Virus record (IMG/VR): IMGVR_UViG_3300045988_079560
From: a virus
DNA: 64,000 bases
Direction: 5' to 3' (one strand)
Shown: piece by piece, positions 41,909-51,000 of the stretch
Layout: each line of letters starts with the position of its first letter
Position numbering within the stretch: the first letter of the stretch is position 1
Notes under the pieces: generated by a model
Databases searched by the model: none
The model's input: the letters and a program-made list of their open reading frames with translations, nothing else
What the model was told of the DNA's origin: nothing
Program-made: the position numbers and the translations under genes

Positions 41909-42571
41909 ATGTATAATCCGGTTGAATACTTTGACGAAATGAACATTCTCAAAGACGATAAGCTCCGCCGGAAGAAAACCGCCAAGGAGTTTATAAATGC
42001 ACTTGTAGACTTTTTTGCAGCACAGTTCCTCAATCTTATTTCCGGCATTTTCCTTTACGAAAAGACGAGTGCTGATTACGAAAATGAACTCATGGATCTC
42101 TATTTTGCCATGATGCCGGAATATCAGTACGAAACAGAAGTAAGGGAAAAGGCATACAGATTTTCAAAGTATATTCAGGAAGCCACAGAGAGGGCAGTGG
42201 CAAATGCCAACGGCAACGATGATTATAAAATGTCTCGCATGACCGGCGGCATGATGAAAGAAGAGGATGTTCCAAAAAGTGTAAAAAGGATGTTCTCGGA
42301 GGTTAGAGCCACGGAGATCGCCCTGAATGAGACAAACTGGATATATAACTGGATAAATCATCAGAACCTCGTGGATAAGAAACAGACCACCCATACATGG
42401 GTAAGCATGAGGGATGAACGTGTCCGGGTTAGCCACTGGGAGGCGGACAGCCAAACAGTTCCTATTAACGAGCCTTTTATCATCAACGGGTACAAAATGA
42501 TGTTCCCACTCGATGATAGTATGGGCGCACCGATAGATGAAATTATCAACTGTCGGTGCGTGGAATTATAA
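41909..42571 (+). CDS. head morphogenesis protein (SPP1 gp7/Mu F-like)
   Basis: 220 aa; WVSMRDERVRVSHWE...INCRC. Confidence 0.7.
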   Translation: MYNPVEYFDEMNILKDDKLRRKKTAKEFINALVDFFAAQFLNLISGIFLYEKTSADYENELMDLYFAMMPEYQYETEVREKAYRFSKYIQEATERAVANANGNDDYKMSRMTGGMMKEEDVPKSVKRMFSEVRATEIALNETNWIYNWINHQNLVDKKQTTHTWVSMRDERVRVSHWEADSQTVPINEPFIINGYKMMFPLDDSMGAPIDEIINCRCVEL

Positions 42572-42590
42572 ATCAGGAGGTAGAAAACCA

Positions 42591-42785
42591 ATGGCAACTG
42601 CAAAACAGACAGCAGCAGACAAGAAAAAGATGGACGATAAGAAGAAAGCAGCTTCAAAGAAATCCGTTTCAAAGAAAGATACTGCCAAGAAAACTGCCAA
42701 TAAGAAAGCGGCAGCAAAGAAGTCCACAGCAAAGAAAACTGCTACCAAGAAAACAACTGCCAAAAAGGCAGCAAAGAAAAACTAA
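42591..42785 (+). CDS. Lys/Ala-rich histone-H1-like protein
   Basis: 64 aa from ATG 42591 behind aggagg; KKxAAKK repeats. Confidence 0.5.
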   Translation: MATAKQTAADKKKMDDKKKAASKKSVSKKDTAKKTANKKAAAKKSTAKKTATKKTTAKKAAKKN

Positions 42786-42806
42786 CTGAATACAGTTAGA
42801 GCCTAT

Positions 42807-42846
42807 GAGCCGGATGTGATGGAAAATCGTGTCCGGCTCATTTTTT
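42807..42846 (+). terminator. rho-independent terminator
   Basis: gagccgga/tccggctc 8-bp stem followed by tttttt. Confidence 0.6.
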
Positions 42847-42990
42847 CGGTTACAGAGGGAGTAATTCCTTTCAGATAACGGGTTAGAGAAAACCCTCATC
42901 AAACGCATACAACTATTGTCTTGCAGAGACGCAAGTAAAAAAACGCAGAAATTCACACGGAGAGAACCGTTCAAACGCAGGAGGTCAATT

Positions 42991-43662
42991 ATGGCAGATG
43001 TAAACAGCACAACAACTCAGAACCAGACACAGCAGCAGTCTCAGACAGCACCGCAGAATCAGCCCACTCAGGCATCCGGTACACAGCAGCAGCCTCAGAC
43101 AGATAAGCATGAGGAAAACAACTCCGGCGGAGAAGTAACCGTTGAGAGCCTTATGGCGCAGCTTGCACAGGAGAAAGCGGCAAATGCGAAACTGAAATCC
43201 GATAACGACAAACTTTGTACATCCGAGGGAAATCTTCGCAAACAGCTTAGAGCTAAACAGACAGCCGAAGAGCAGGAGGCAGAGGCAAAAGCGGAACAGC
43301 AGGCTCAGAGAGATGCTTATGTCAAGGAACTGGAAAAATTCAAAGCGGTAGCGGAATCATCGGAGCGTTACTTAGGAATGGGTATGCCGGCTGAAATGGC
43401 AAAGGCTACGGCAACAGCAGAGTATGAGGGAAGCATGGATGTTGTTACCGGAAACATCACTAAGTTTATGGCGGAAAGAGACAAACAGAAAGAGTCGGAA
43501 ATCCGCGCTCAGTATTTGGCTCAGATGCCTACGCCACAGTCTGGAAACGTAGGTCAGGTTGACTATTCAGCACAGATTAAACAGGCAATGGACGCAGGCG
43601 ATTCACAGGCTGCGATTCTTGCAATATTAAGTCAAAGTGCCGCTAACAATCAGCAGGCATAA
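42991..43662 (+). CDS. scaffolding protein
   Basis: 223 aa from ATG 42991 behind aggagg; Q-rich N-terminus, coiled coil; lies directly before the capsid gene. Confidence 0.6.
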   Translation: MADVNSTTTQNQTQQQSQTAPQNQPTQASGTQQQPQTDKHEENNSGGEVTVESLMAQLAQEKAANAKLKSDNDKLCTSEGNLRKQLRAKQTAEEQEAEAKAEQQAQRDAYVKELEKFKAVAESSERYLGMGMPAEMAKATATAEYEGSMDVVTGNITKFMAERDKQKESEIRAQYLAQMPTPQSGNVGQVDYSAQIKQAMDAGDSQAAILAILSQSAANNQQA

Positions 43663-43683
43663 ATCTAAAGGAGGTAATGAATT

Positions 43684-44667
43684 ATGGCACAGGGCACAGC
43701 AACATCATTCGCTGTTCCTAATTTTAGCGGAATGTTATTTGCTAAAGGACAGACAGCAACACCGTTCTCTACTATGATTGGCGCAAGACCTCTTGTAACC
43801 AATCATGTAGAGTTTACTTGCGGTCAGGAGTACAACACAGAAACAGGCGAACAGCCGGAGATTTCTGAAACAGCATCCCTTACTGCACCACAGCCGGAAA
43901 TGGTAACTAGAAGCCAGCTTACCAATGTAACTCAGATCTTCCAGAAATCCGTAGCGATTTCTTACGGAAAGCAGAGTAACATGGGTACACTTCAGGGCAT
44001 CAATGTGGCCGGTCAGCAGGCAAATCCTATGGACGAGCTTGCATTTCAGGTTTCTCGTAGAATGGCAAAGATCGCACAGGATATTGAGTACACATTCATC
44101 AACGGAAAGTACGCAAAGGCAACTACTGATGCAGAGGCCAATAAAACAAGAGGACTTCTGACAGCTATCACAACCAACGTACTTGATCTTGCTAAAAAGC
44201 CTCTCACATACTGGCTTGTAGCAGAGGGATTAAAGTCCATTCACGATCAGGGCGCAAAGACAGACAACATTGTTCTCGGAGTTGATGCAACTACAATGTT
44301 GCAGCTTAACCTTGATGCGCAGCAGAACAACCTTACAATCGTTCCCCTTGGAAGAGAAGTGAACGGTATCAAATTACAGACAGTAGTTACCCCTCTTGGA
44401 GAAGTGGCAGTTGCTTTGTTTGATACTATGCCTACCGGTACAGCCGTTCTGTTCGATCCGTCCATCATGGCTCCGGTTCATCAGATGGTTCCTGGCAAGG
44501 GCAATTTCTTCCTGGAGCAGCTTGCAAAGACTGGCGCAGGAGAAACATATCAGATTTTCGGACAGATTGGTTTGGATCACGGTCCTGAGTGGATGAGTGC
44601 TAAGTTCACAAATATTTCCACAGATCTTCCGAGCAAACTGACAGCAACCACAAAACCGGGGGAATAA
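43684..44667 (+). CDS. major capsid protein
   Basis: 327 aa; position after the scaffold gene; RBS aaggagg. Confidence 0.7.
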   Translation: MAQGTATSFAVPNFSGMLFAKGQTATPFSTMIGARPLVTNHVEFTCGQEYNTETGEQPEISETASLTAPQPEMVTRSQLTNVTQIFQKSVAISYGKQSNMGTLQGINVAGQQANPMDELAFQVSRRMAKIAQDIEYTFINGKYAKATTDAEANKTRGLLTAITTNVLDLAKKPLTYWLVAEGLKSIHDQGAKTDNIVLGVDATTMLQLNLDAQQNNLTIVPLGREVNGIKLQTVVTPLGEVAVALFDTMPTGTAVLFDPSIMAPVHQMVPGKGNFFLEQLAKTGAGETYQIFGQIGLDHGPEWMSAKFTNISTDLPSKLTATTKPGE

Positions 44668-44900
44668 CAGGTCATACCCTTGACGGTGGTTCCCGTATCG
44701 TAGCCGATTCTTCTGTTTCCACATCATCAGATGCGAGCACAGAAGAGACGGTTACTGATGTCACAAAGAAGTATACAGAGGAAGAACTTAATGCTCTGAC
44801 AGTGGCACAGATTAAGGCTATCGCAACGGAACGTGGGTATGACATGAAAGAAACCGTAAAAGCAAAGCTGATCGCAGAGTTTTTAACTCAGCAAGGGTAA
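44658..44900 (+). CDS. possible -1 frameshift extension of the capsid protein ending in a HeH/SAP-like motif
   Basis: The -1 frame is open 44604-44900 with no start codon or RBS; it encodes ...EEELNALTVAQIKAIATERGYDMKETVKAKLIAEFL. Confidence 0.35.
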   Translation, partial: GGITGHTLDGGSRIVADSSVSTSSDASTEETVTDVTKKYTEEELNALTVAQIKAIATERGYDMKETVKAKLIAEFLTQQG

Positions 44901-44917
44901 GAAAGTGAGGACGGATT

Positions 44918-45283
44918 ATGGACGCTAAATTGTTGAAAGTCATTTTAGATGATGAAACTCTCACTGACGAACAGATTGCCGTCCTCCTTGTGAAAGCTCA
45001 GAAACAGGCTGCAAATCAACACTTTTGGGCGGATGATGATATTCCGACAGAGGCAGAGTTGGAGAGGTTTTATAACCGGTATGAGTTTGAAATCTATGAT
45101 TTGGCGAAAGCCATAAACTCTGACGATGCGAGGGGCGGACTTGTATCTCACACAGAACTTGGAGTTACCCGGAACTGGGGACAGACAGGCAAGAGAGATA
45201 TTGAGTTGGCCTTGGCGAAGATCCCACCCAAAACCTATGTCGGTCTGTTAAGGAGGGATGGCAATGCCGAAGCTGAGACTTAA
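44918..45283 (+). CDS. head-tail connector (gp6-like)
   Basis: 121 aa; position and LKVILDDETLTDEQI-type N-terminus. Confidence 0.5.
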   Translation: MDAKLLKVILDDETLTDEQIAVLLVKAQKQAANQHFWADDDIPTEAELERFYNRYEFEIYDLAKAINSDDARGGLVSHTELGVTRNWGQTGKRDIELALAKIPPKTYVGLLRRDGNAEAET

Positions 45284-45689
45284 AGACCTCAGATTGAACC
45301 AAGTCCCTTTTTATTACCAGGCCTATGACGGAACGGTGGATGAAGTGGACGAGGATGGCAACCTTACCGGGGAGAGCATACCGAAGTATTCAAATCCGGT
45401 TCGTGTGCTTGCGAGAGTAAGTCCGAACTCAGGAAATGCCGAGGACTCCCCATTTGGTAAAGATATTGTCTACGACAAGACCATATCAACCGTACAGAAA
45501 TTACCGATTGATGAATACTCAAAACTCTTCATAGATGTGGTTCCTATTCTCAACGAGGACGGTTCCACAGATACAGAACCGGATTATATATGTGTCTGCC
45601 CGAAACATGATTTGCAACAGAATCTATGGGCGATACGGAAGATTAAGGGGAATATCCATGCAGGACAAAATAACGATCAATCCCTTTGA
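45258..45689 (+). CDS. head-tail joining protein
   Basis: 143-aa ORF; call by position only. Confidence 0.4.
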   Translation: MAMPKLRLKDLRLNQVPFYYQAYDGTVDEVDEDGNLTGESIPKYSNPVRVLARVSPNSGNAEDSPFGKDIVYDKTISTVQKLPIDEYSKLFIDVVPILNEDGSTDTEPDYICVCPKHDLQQNLWAIRKIKGNIHAGQNNDQSL

Positions 45690-46170
45690 CCCGGACAGCA
45701 TAGATGAGGCTATTAAGAAACTGGAAAAGCGGAAAGAGCGTATACACAAATGCGCAGAGAAACTTATACAGAGACTTACAGACCTCGGAGTTGAAAAGGC
45801 ACAGGAGTTAGTTCCGGTTGATACCGGTACGGCAAGATCTTCCATTATCGGTTATCTGGATGAGGCAGAGGGAGTTGGAATCATAAGTGCCGGAGGGTAT
45901 TGCAAGTACATTGAGTTCGGTACTGGAGTTAAGGGCAGGGATAGTTCCCACCCAAGCGAAGAGTACAAGGCAATTATGAACTGGGCGTATAATTCCGGGG
46001 CAACAATCTTTACCACGAAAGACGGCAGAGAGGGTTGGTATTATCCGGCTGATGATGGCACATGGCGATTTACAGAGGGTATGCCGTCAAGACCATTTAT
46101 GTACGAGACGGCACAATATCTGAGGAAAGAAGCACAAAAAATAGCAAGCGAGGTATTCAAGGATGGTTAA
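45658..46170 (+). CDS. HK97 gp10-like tail-completion protein
   Basis: 170 aa from ATG 45658. Confidence 0.45.
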   Translation: MQDKITINPFDPDSIDEAIKKLEKRKERIHKCAEKLIQRLTDLGVEKAQELVPVDTGTARSSIIGYLDEAEGVGIISAGGYCKYIEFGTGVKGRDSSHPSEEYKAIMNWAYNSGATIFTTKDGREGWYYPADDGTWRFTEGMPSRPFMYETAQYLRKEAQKIASEVFKDG

Positions 46171-46531
46171 GGACAATGTGAATTTGTATTTTACCAACCT
46201 CCTGAAAGACTTGCAGAACAAATATAGCGGTTTGAAAGGAGGACAGGTGTTCAAAGCAACACCGCCGTCTTTCCCTTATATGTATTTCAAGCAGATAGGA
46301 GGGAGCGGTGCGTTACCTACACTTTCAAATACTGAGGATGGCATCAATCTTGGATTAGAAATTAAATTCTACTCCAATAAGACCGCCTCAGAGGCGCGGA
46401 AGATTGCAAACTCCGCAAGAGAATACATGGTAGGAATCGGATTTCATTGCGACTATTTTTCCCCGGTGGAGAATATAAGCGATACTTCCATTTCACAATT
46501 CCTTACTCGGTTCTCAAAATTGGAAACATGA
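46163..46531 (+). CDS. tail terminator-like protein (DUF3168-like)
   Basis: 122-aa ORF; call by position. Confidence 0.4.
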   Translation: MVKDNVNLYFTNLLKDLQNKYSGLKGGQVFKATPPSFPYMYFKQIGGSGALPTLSNTEDGINLGLEIKFYSNKTASEARKIANSAREYMVGIGFHCDYFSPVENISDTSISQFLTRFSKLET

Positions 46532-46649
46532 TTAACTCCATCGGCTAGGGTCGCTCCCGAAAAGCACTCGCCTGGTGTCTGCCGGTGGTTTTAATAAATT
46601 CAAGGCTTTACCTCTTAGGCAAAGGAAAACACAAGGAGGTAGAACGAAG

Positions 46650-47069
46650 ATGGCAAAATGTACAAATGTGACATATCTCATGCACGAGAAAGCAGATGCT
46701 CCAGGAACATTTGAGAAGTTGATCGACATTACTGAGTACCCGGATCTCGGCGGAGAAAAGGAAAAACTCGATGTTACAACACTTTCCGATACGAAGAAAA
46801 GAACCATTAACGGTATCGAGGACACAGGGGATCTTGCTTTCAAAGCATGGTATGAGAAAGCTGATTACAAGAAACTCTTGGATCTGCAGGAAGCAGGAAA
46901 AGTTGATAAATACCAGTTATGGTTTGGAGAAGAGGGTGTTGACGGCAAATGGGAGTGGGCCGGTGTTATGGCAGTATATCCGACAAGCGGATCTTCCAAC
47001 AATGCGAGAGAAATGTCATTCTCCATTACTGATGAGGGCGAAGAGGCTCTTCATTATGTAACAGCGTGA
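46650..47069 (+). CDS. major tail protein
   Basis: 139 aa from ATG 46650 behind aaggagg; lies before the chaperone/tape-measure genes. Confidence 0.65.
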   Translation: MAKCTNVTYLMHEKADAPGTFEKLIDITEYPDLGGEKEKLDVTTLSDTKKRTINGIEDTGDLAFKAWYEKADYKKLLDLQEAGKVDKYQLWFGEEGVDGKWEWAGVMAVYPTSGSSNNAREMSFSITDEGEEALHYVTA

Positions 47070-47082
47070 AAAAGTGAAGCAG

Positions 47083-47106
47083 CGGCAGGGGAATAGTCCT
47101 CTGCCG
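47083..47106 (+). other. 9-bp hairpin after the major tail gene
   Basis: cggcagggg/cctctgccg; no T-run follows. Confidence 0.4.
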
Positions 47107-47145
47107 TACAAATAGGACAGATTAACGAAAGGACGGTTAATAAGT

Positions 47146-47499
47146 ATGATTTTACAGACAGCGAATGGACCTAAAGAGATTAAAGTAGCAGATCTCGATT
47201 TTACAAACCTTATGTGTGATCTGGAAGATCACGATGTAGATGTAATGGGACTTCTGGATGATGATACCAGAGAGAACATGAAGATTTTTAAGACAATCAG
47301 AGCGATCATCGCAGTCCTTACCGGCACAAAGGATCTTACAAAAGCCGGAAAGATACTGAGCGAACATTTGAAGTACGGTGGCTCCATGGATGAAGTCATG
47401 GAAGCCTTTACGGAGGCGATGAAAACCGCGGGTTTTGGCGAGGAAACCGAGGAACCTCCGAAGAGCGGAGGAAAGAAAACCAAGGCGGCAACAGAGTAG
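47146..47499 (+). CDS. tail assembly chaperone (gpG-like)
   Basis: 117 aa, acidic; directly upstream of the tape measure gene. Confidence 0.6.
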   Translation: MILQTANGPKEIKVADLDFTNLMCDLEDHDVDVMGLLDDDTRENMKIFKTIRAIIAVLTGTKDLTKAGKILSEHLKYGGSMDEVMEAFTEAMKTAGFGEETEEPPKSGGKKTKAATE

Positions 47500-47882
47500 A
47501 GGAAATAGATCTCAGTAAATACAAAACATTTACAGAGATTATCAATAAAGTTTGGCTTCCCAACGCTCTCCTTTATGGAGTTTCCTATGAGACCTTTTGG
47601 ACATTGAACCCTACGAAATTAGAACCATTCCAAAAGAAGAGAGAAATGGAAGCGAAAGAACAGGCCACAGCCTTAGATACGTTGGCGTGGTCCGTTGGTT
47701 CGTATGTCGTAGATGCCATGGCAATCTTCCTTGGCAGAAATGCTCCGGCATACCCAAGCCAACCAAGAAGCATGAACAGCACAGAGGACGCACCGCCGGG
47801 AGCAAAAATGACGGATGCAGACAGATTCGCTGCCTTTGCCGCAGAACATAATAAGCGATTGAGACAGCGAAGAGAAAAGTAG
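47499..47882 (+). CDS. gpT-like extension, probably reached by -1 frameshift from the chaperone
   Basis: The -1 frame is open 47394-47882 and has no ATG before TTG 47604; ...YETFWTLNPTKLEPF.... Confidence 0.4.
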   Translation, partial: EEIDLSKYKTFTEIINKVWLPNALLYGVSYETFWTLNPTKLEPFQKKREMEAKEQATALDTLAWSVGSYVVDAMAIFLGRNAPAYPSQPRSMNSTEDAPPGAKMTDADRFAAFAAEHNKRLRQRREK

Positions 47883-48007
47883 CTGATTACATGGGGATAG
47901 GTTGACGAACCGAAACAGCGCAAGTCCGGCGCAGTTCCCCATGTTTTCTTATTTTACGGACAAACAATACCACCCACGGACAGGGTTTTACGAAGTGAGG
48001 TGGCAAA

Positions 48008-51000
48008 ATGCCTGATAACAGAGTAGATAGCATTTTATTGGAAATAGAAGCCACCACTGATAAGGCAGACGGTGGTATTGATAAAGTAACAAAAGCTCTT
48101 GCCTCAATGAAGAAAATCACTGAGGGATTAGATACAGAAAAGTTAAAACAGATTCTTGATGTAATGCGTGGTTTCTCCGGCGTTGGAGATGATCTTAAAA
48201 ATGCCGGAAGTGGTATGAGAAGCATTGCATCATCCATTAAGTCTCTGTCAGGAGTTGATACGGCGAAATTAAAAGAGGTTGCGGCTACTGTAAAGGAAGT
48301 CAGCACAGCACTTGGAAACCTCGGATCGAATAATCGCGTCAGCATCAGAATTGATTCTGAGGGGGCACAGAGACGTGTACAGCCTTTGGAGAACGGTCAG
48401 CAAGCAACGGCAGCCACAGAAAGCGTTGCGACTGCATCAGAAGAGGCACAGGCAGCAATGAACGGTGCCGCATCAGCGGCAAGTCAGTTGGCACAAGAGG
48501 AAAGCAACCTCGGAACTGCCGGACAAAGTGCAGCAGCCGGACAGACAAACTTAAACGAAAGTCTCAATCAGGCAAACACAAATCCGGCTAATAGACGTAT
48601 TCAGGAACTCATAGACCAGATCAATAAGTACAAAGCCACTGTCAGCGGTATGGAGAGTGGAAAGATACGGTTTGATACCGGTCAGTATGAGGAAGCTGTG
48701 AATGGTCTCAGACAGGCACAGGAACAGTTTAAGCAGTTCAAGGAAACGGTTTCACAGTCTCCTAAGAATATGGAGGATGTGGCAAAGTCCATTAAGTCCA
48801 TAGGGGATGCAGCACAGAAATGTGGACTTGGAACCTTTTCTTCTATATTAAGTGGAATTGCATCAATTCTTCCGGCCATTGAAACCGGGGGCATGGCGGC
48901 AAATGCCGGATTCCAGTCTATGGCGGTAGGCCTTGAAGCCGTTCAGGCGGCGATACCGATTATTGGTATTATCCTGACAATCCTTACTGCAATCATCAAT
49001 GCGGTAAGGCAAGTGGCAAATGCCGTAAAGAACGAGACACAAAAAATCATTTCTGCCGTGAAAACGGTAGTGAACAAAATCCGTTCTGGGATTGCTGCAA
49101 TTATAAATAAATTCAAGGAACTCAAAAAGAGAGTGAGAGAAAGCCTTGGATTTTCAGAAAAACAATCTGGTGCATTTGCAAAGAAACTCGGCTCAATCAT
49201 CCGACTTGGAACGTTCATGTTATTACGTTCAATGTTTACACACCTATTTGAACTCGTAAAAACAGGATTCGATAACCTTGTTATTTATTCAAAAAGAGCC
49301 GGAACAGAGTTTCACAAAAACGTAAATCTGCTCTACAACGATTTACGACAGCTTGGAGCATCACTGACAACTGCATTTGAGCCAATACTGAATGTAGTTA
49401 CTCCGATTCTGGATTATCTGATTCAGAAGCTCGTTGCAGCAACAAACGCATTGGCACAGTTCTTCTCAGCACTCACAGGTAAGAAGTTCTATACCAAAGC
49501 AATAAAACAGAATAAAGATTATACAGATTCCTTAAATGGTGCTGCAAAGGCGGCAAAGAACCTTACCACCGGCATAGATGAGCTTAACATCCTAAGTGAT
49601 GATAAAAGCGGCAGTGGAAGCAACAGCGGAGCCGATGGAAGCGGTTATGAAACAGACGAGATTGCGGATAAGTACAAAAATCTTGCACAGATGATTAAGG
49701 ATGCTTGGGATGAAGCTGATTTCTACGATGTAGGAAGAATGTTTGGGGAGAAACTGAAAGAAGCCCTCGATAACATTCAGTGGGACGGCATCAAAGCATC
49801 TCTGAGAAAGATTGCGAAGTGCATTGCGACATTCCTGAATGGTTTCCTTGAAACTCCTGGATTGTTCACATCAATAGGTGTGACAATAGCGCAAGCTATT
49901 AACTCTGCATTTGAGTTCGTTGATTCATTTGTAGAAAACTTCCATTGGAGCAGTCTCGGAACGGCAATAGCAGATCTTATCATTGGTGCATTAGATACTC
50001 TTGACTGGACTCTGATAAATAAAACCGCAAAGGGACTTGCACAGGGTATCGTAGATGCAATCAACGCTGCCCTGCAGACAGAAGATCTCTGGAAGAAAAT
50101 TGGAACAGCAATTTCCAATGCAATAAACTCAGCGATTCTATTTGCAAAGACATTCGTTACCGGATTGGATTGGGCTTCACTCGGAACCGCAATCGGCAAT
50201 TTGCTTGGCAATGCAATAGCCGGAATTGATTATGTTGGCATTGGAGAAACATTCGCCGATTTTGTAAATGGTGTATTTACTGCCGTACTGAATTTCTCAA
50301 AGACTTTCCCATGGAAAGATATTGCTACGAACTTTGCAAACGGTGTCAACACAGCACTGAAAAAACTCGATTGGAATACCATCAAAGATGGTTTCGATAC
50401 TTTCTGTGAGGGACTTGGGACAAATATAAATACCGCAATTACGGAGATCGACTGGAATCTTGTAGGCACAACGCTTGGCAACAGCATCAAGACACTTTTC
50501 AGTGGTCTTGGAAAATTCCTTGCGAAGATAGATTTCAAGAAAATCGGAAGTGACTTTGCGAGTGCGATAAACAAGGCAGTTAAGACTATCGACTGGAAAG
50601 AAGCCGGAGGCACAATCAATTCCCTTATATCTGGTGTATGCACACTGATTAACACTTTGATAGACGAGGTAGATTGGTACGAACTTCTAAAGGGCGTAGG
50701 AACGGCAATGTCCGAGATTGACTGGGACACAATCCTCAAAACAGTCTTTAAGGTATTTGCAGCCAAGTGGACGTTCAAGAATTTGTTCAAATGGGTATCA
50801 TGGACCGCCATTTGGAACCAGTTGAAAACAAGCATTGTAGAGGGAATATCTAAGAAGTTTGGAATTGGATCTGATGATGGAGAAATAAATACTGTCGGAG
50901 AGAAAATAGTCAGTGGCTTGCTTGGTGGAATATCTAAATCCCTTTTGCCGGCACCATTGCAGACAGCGTTGAGTTGTTTCGGAAATGTGACAGATGTTGT

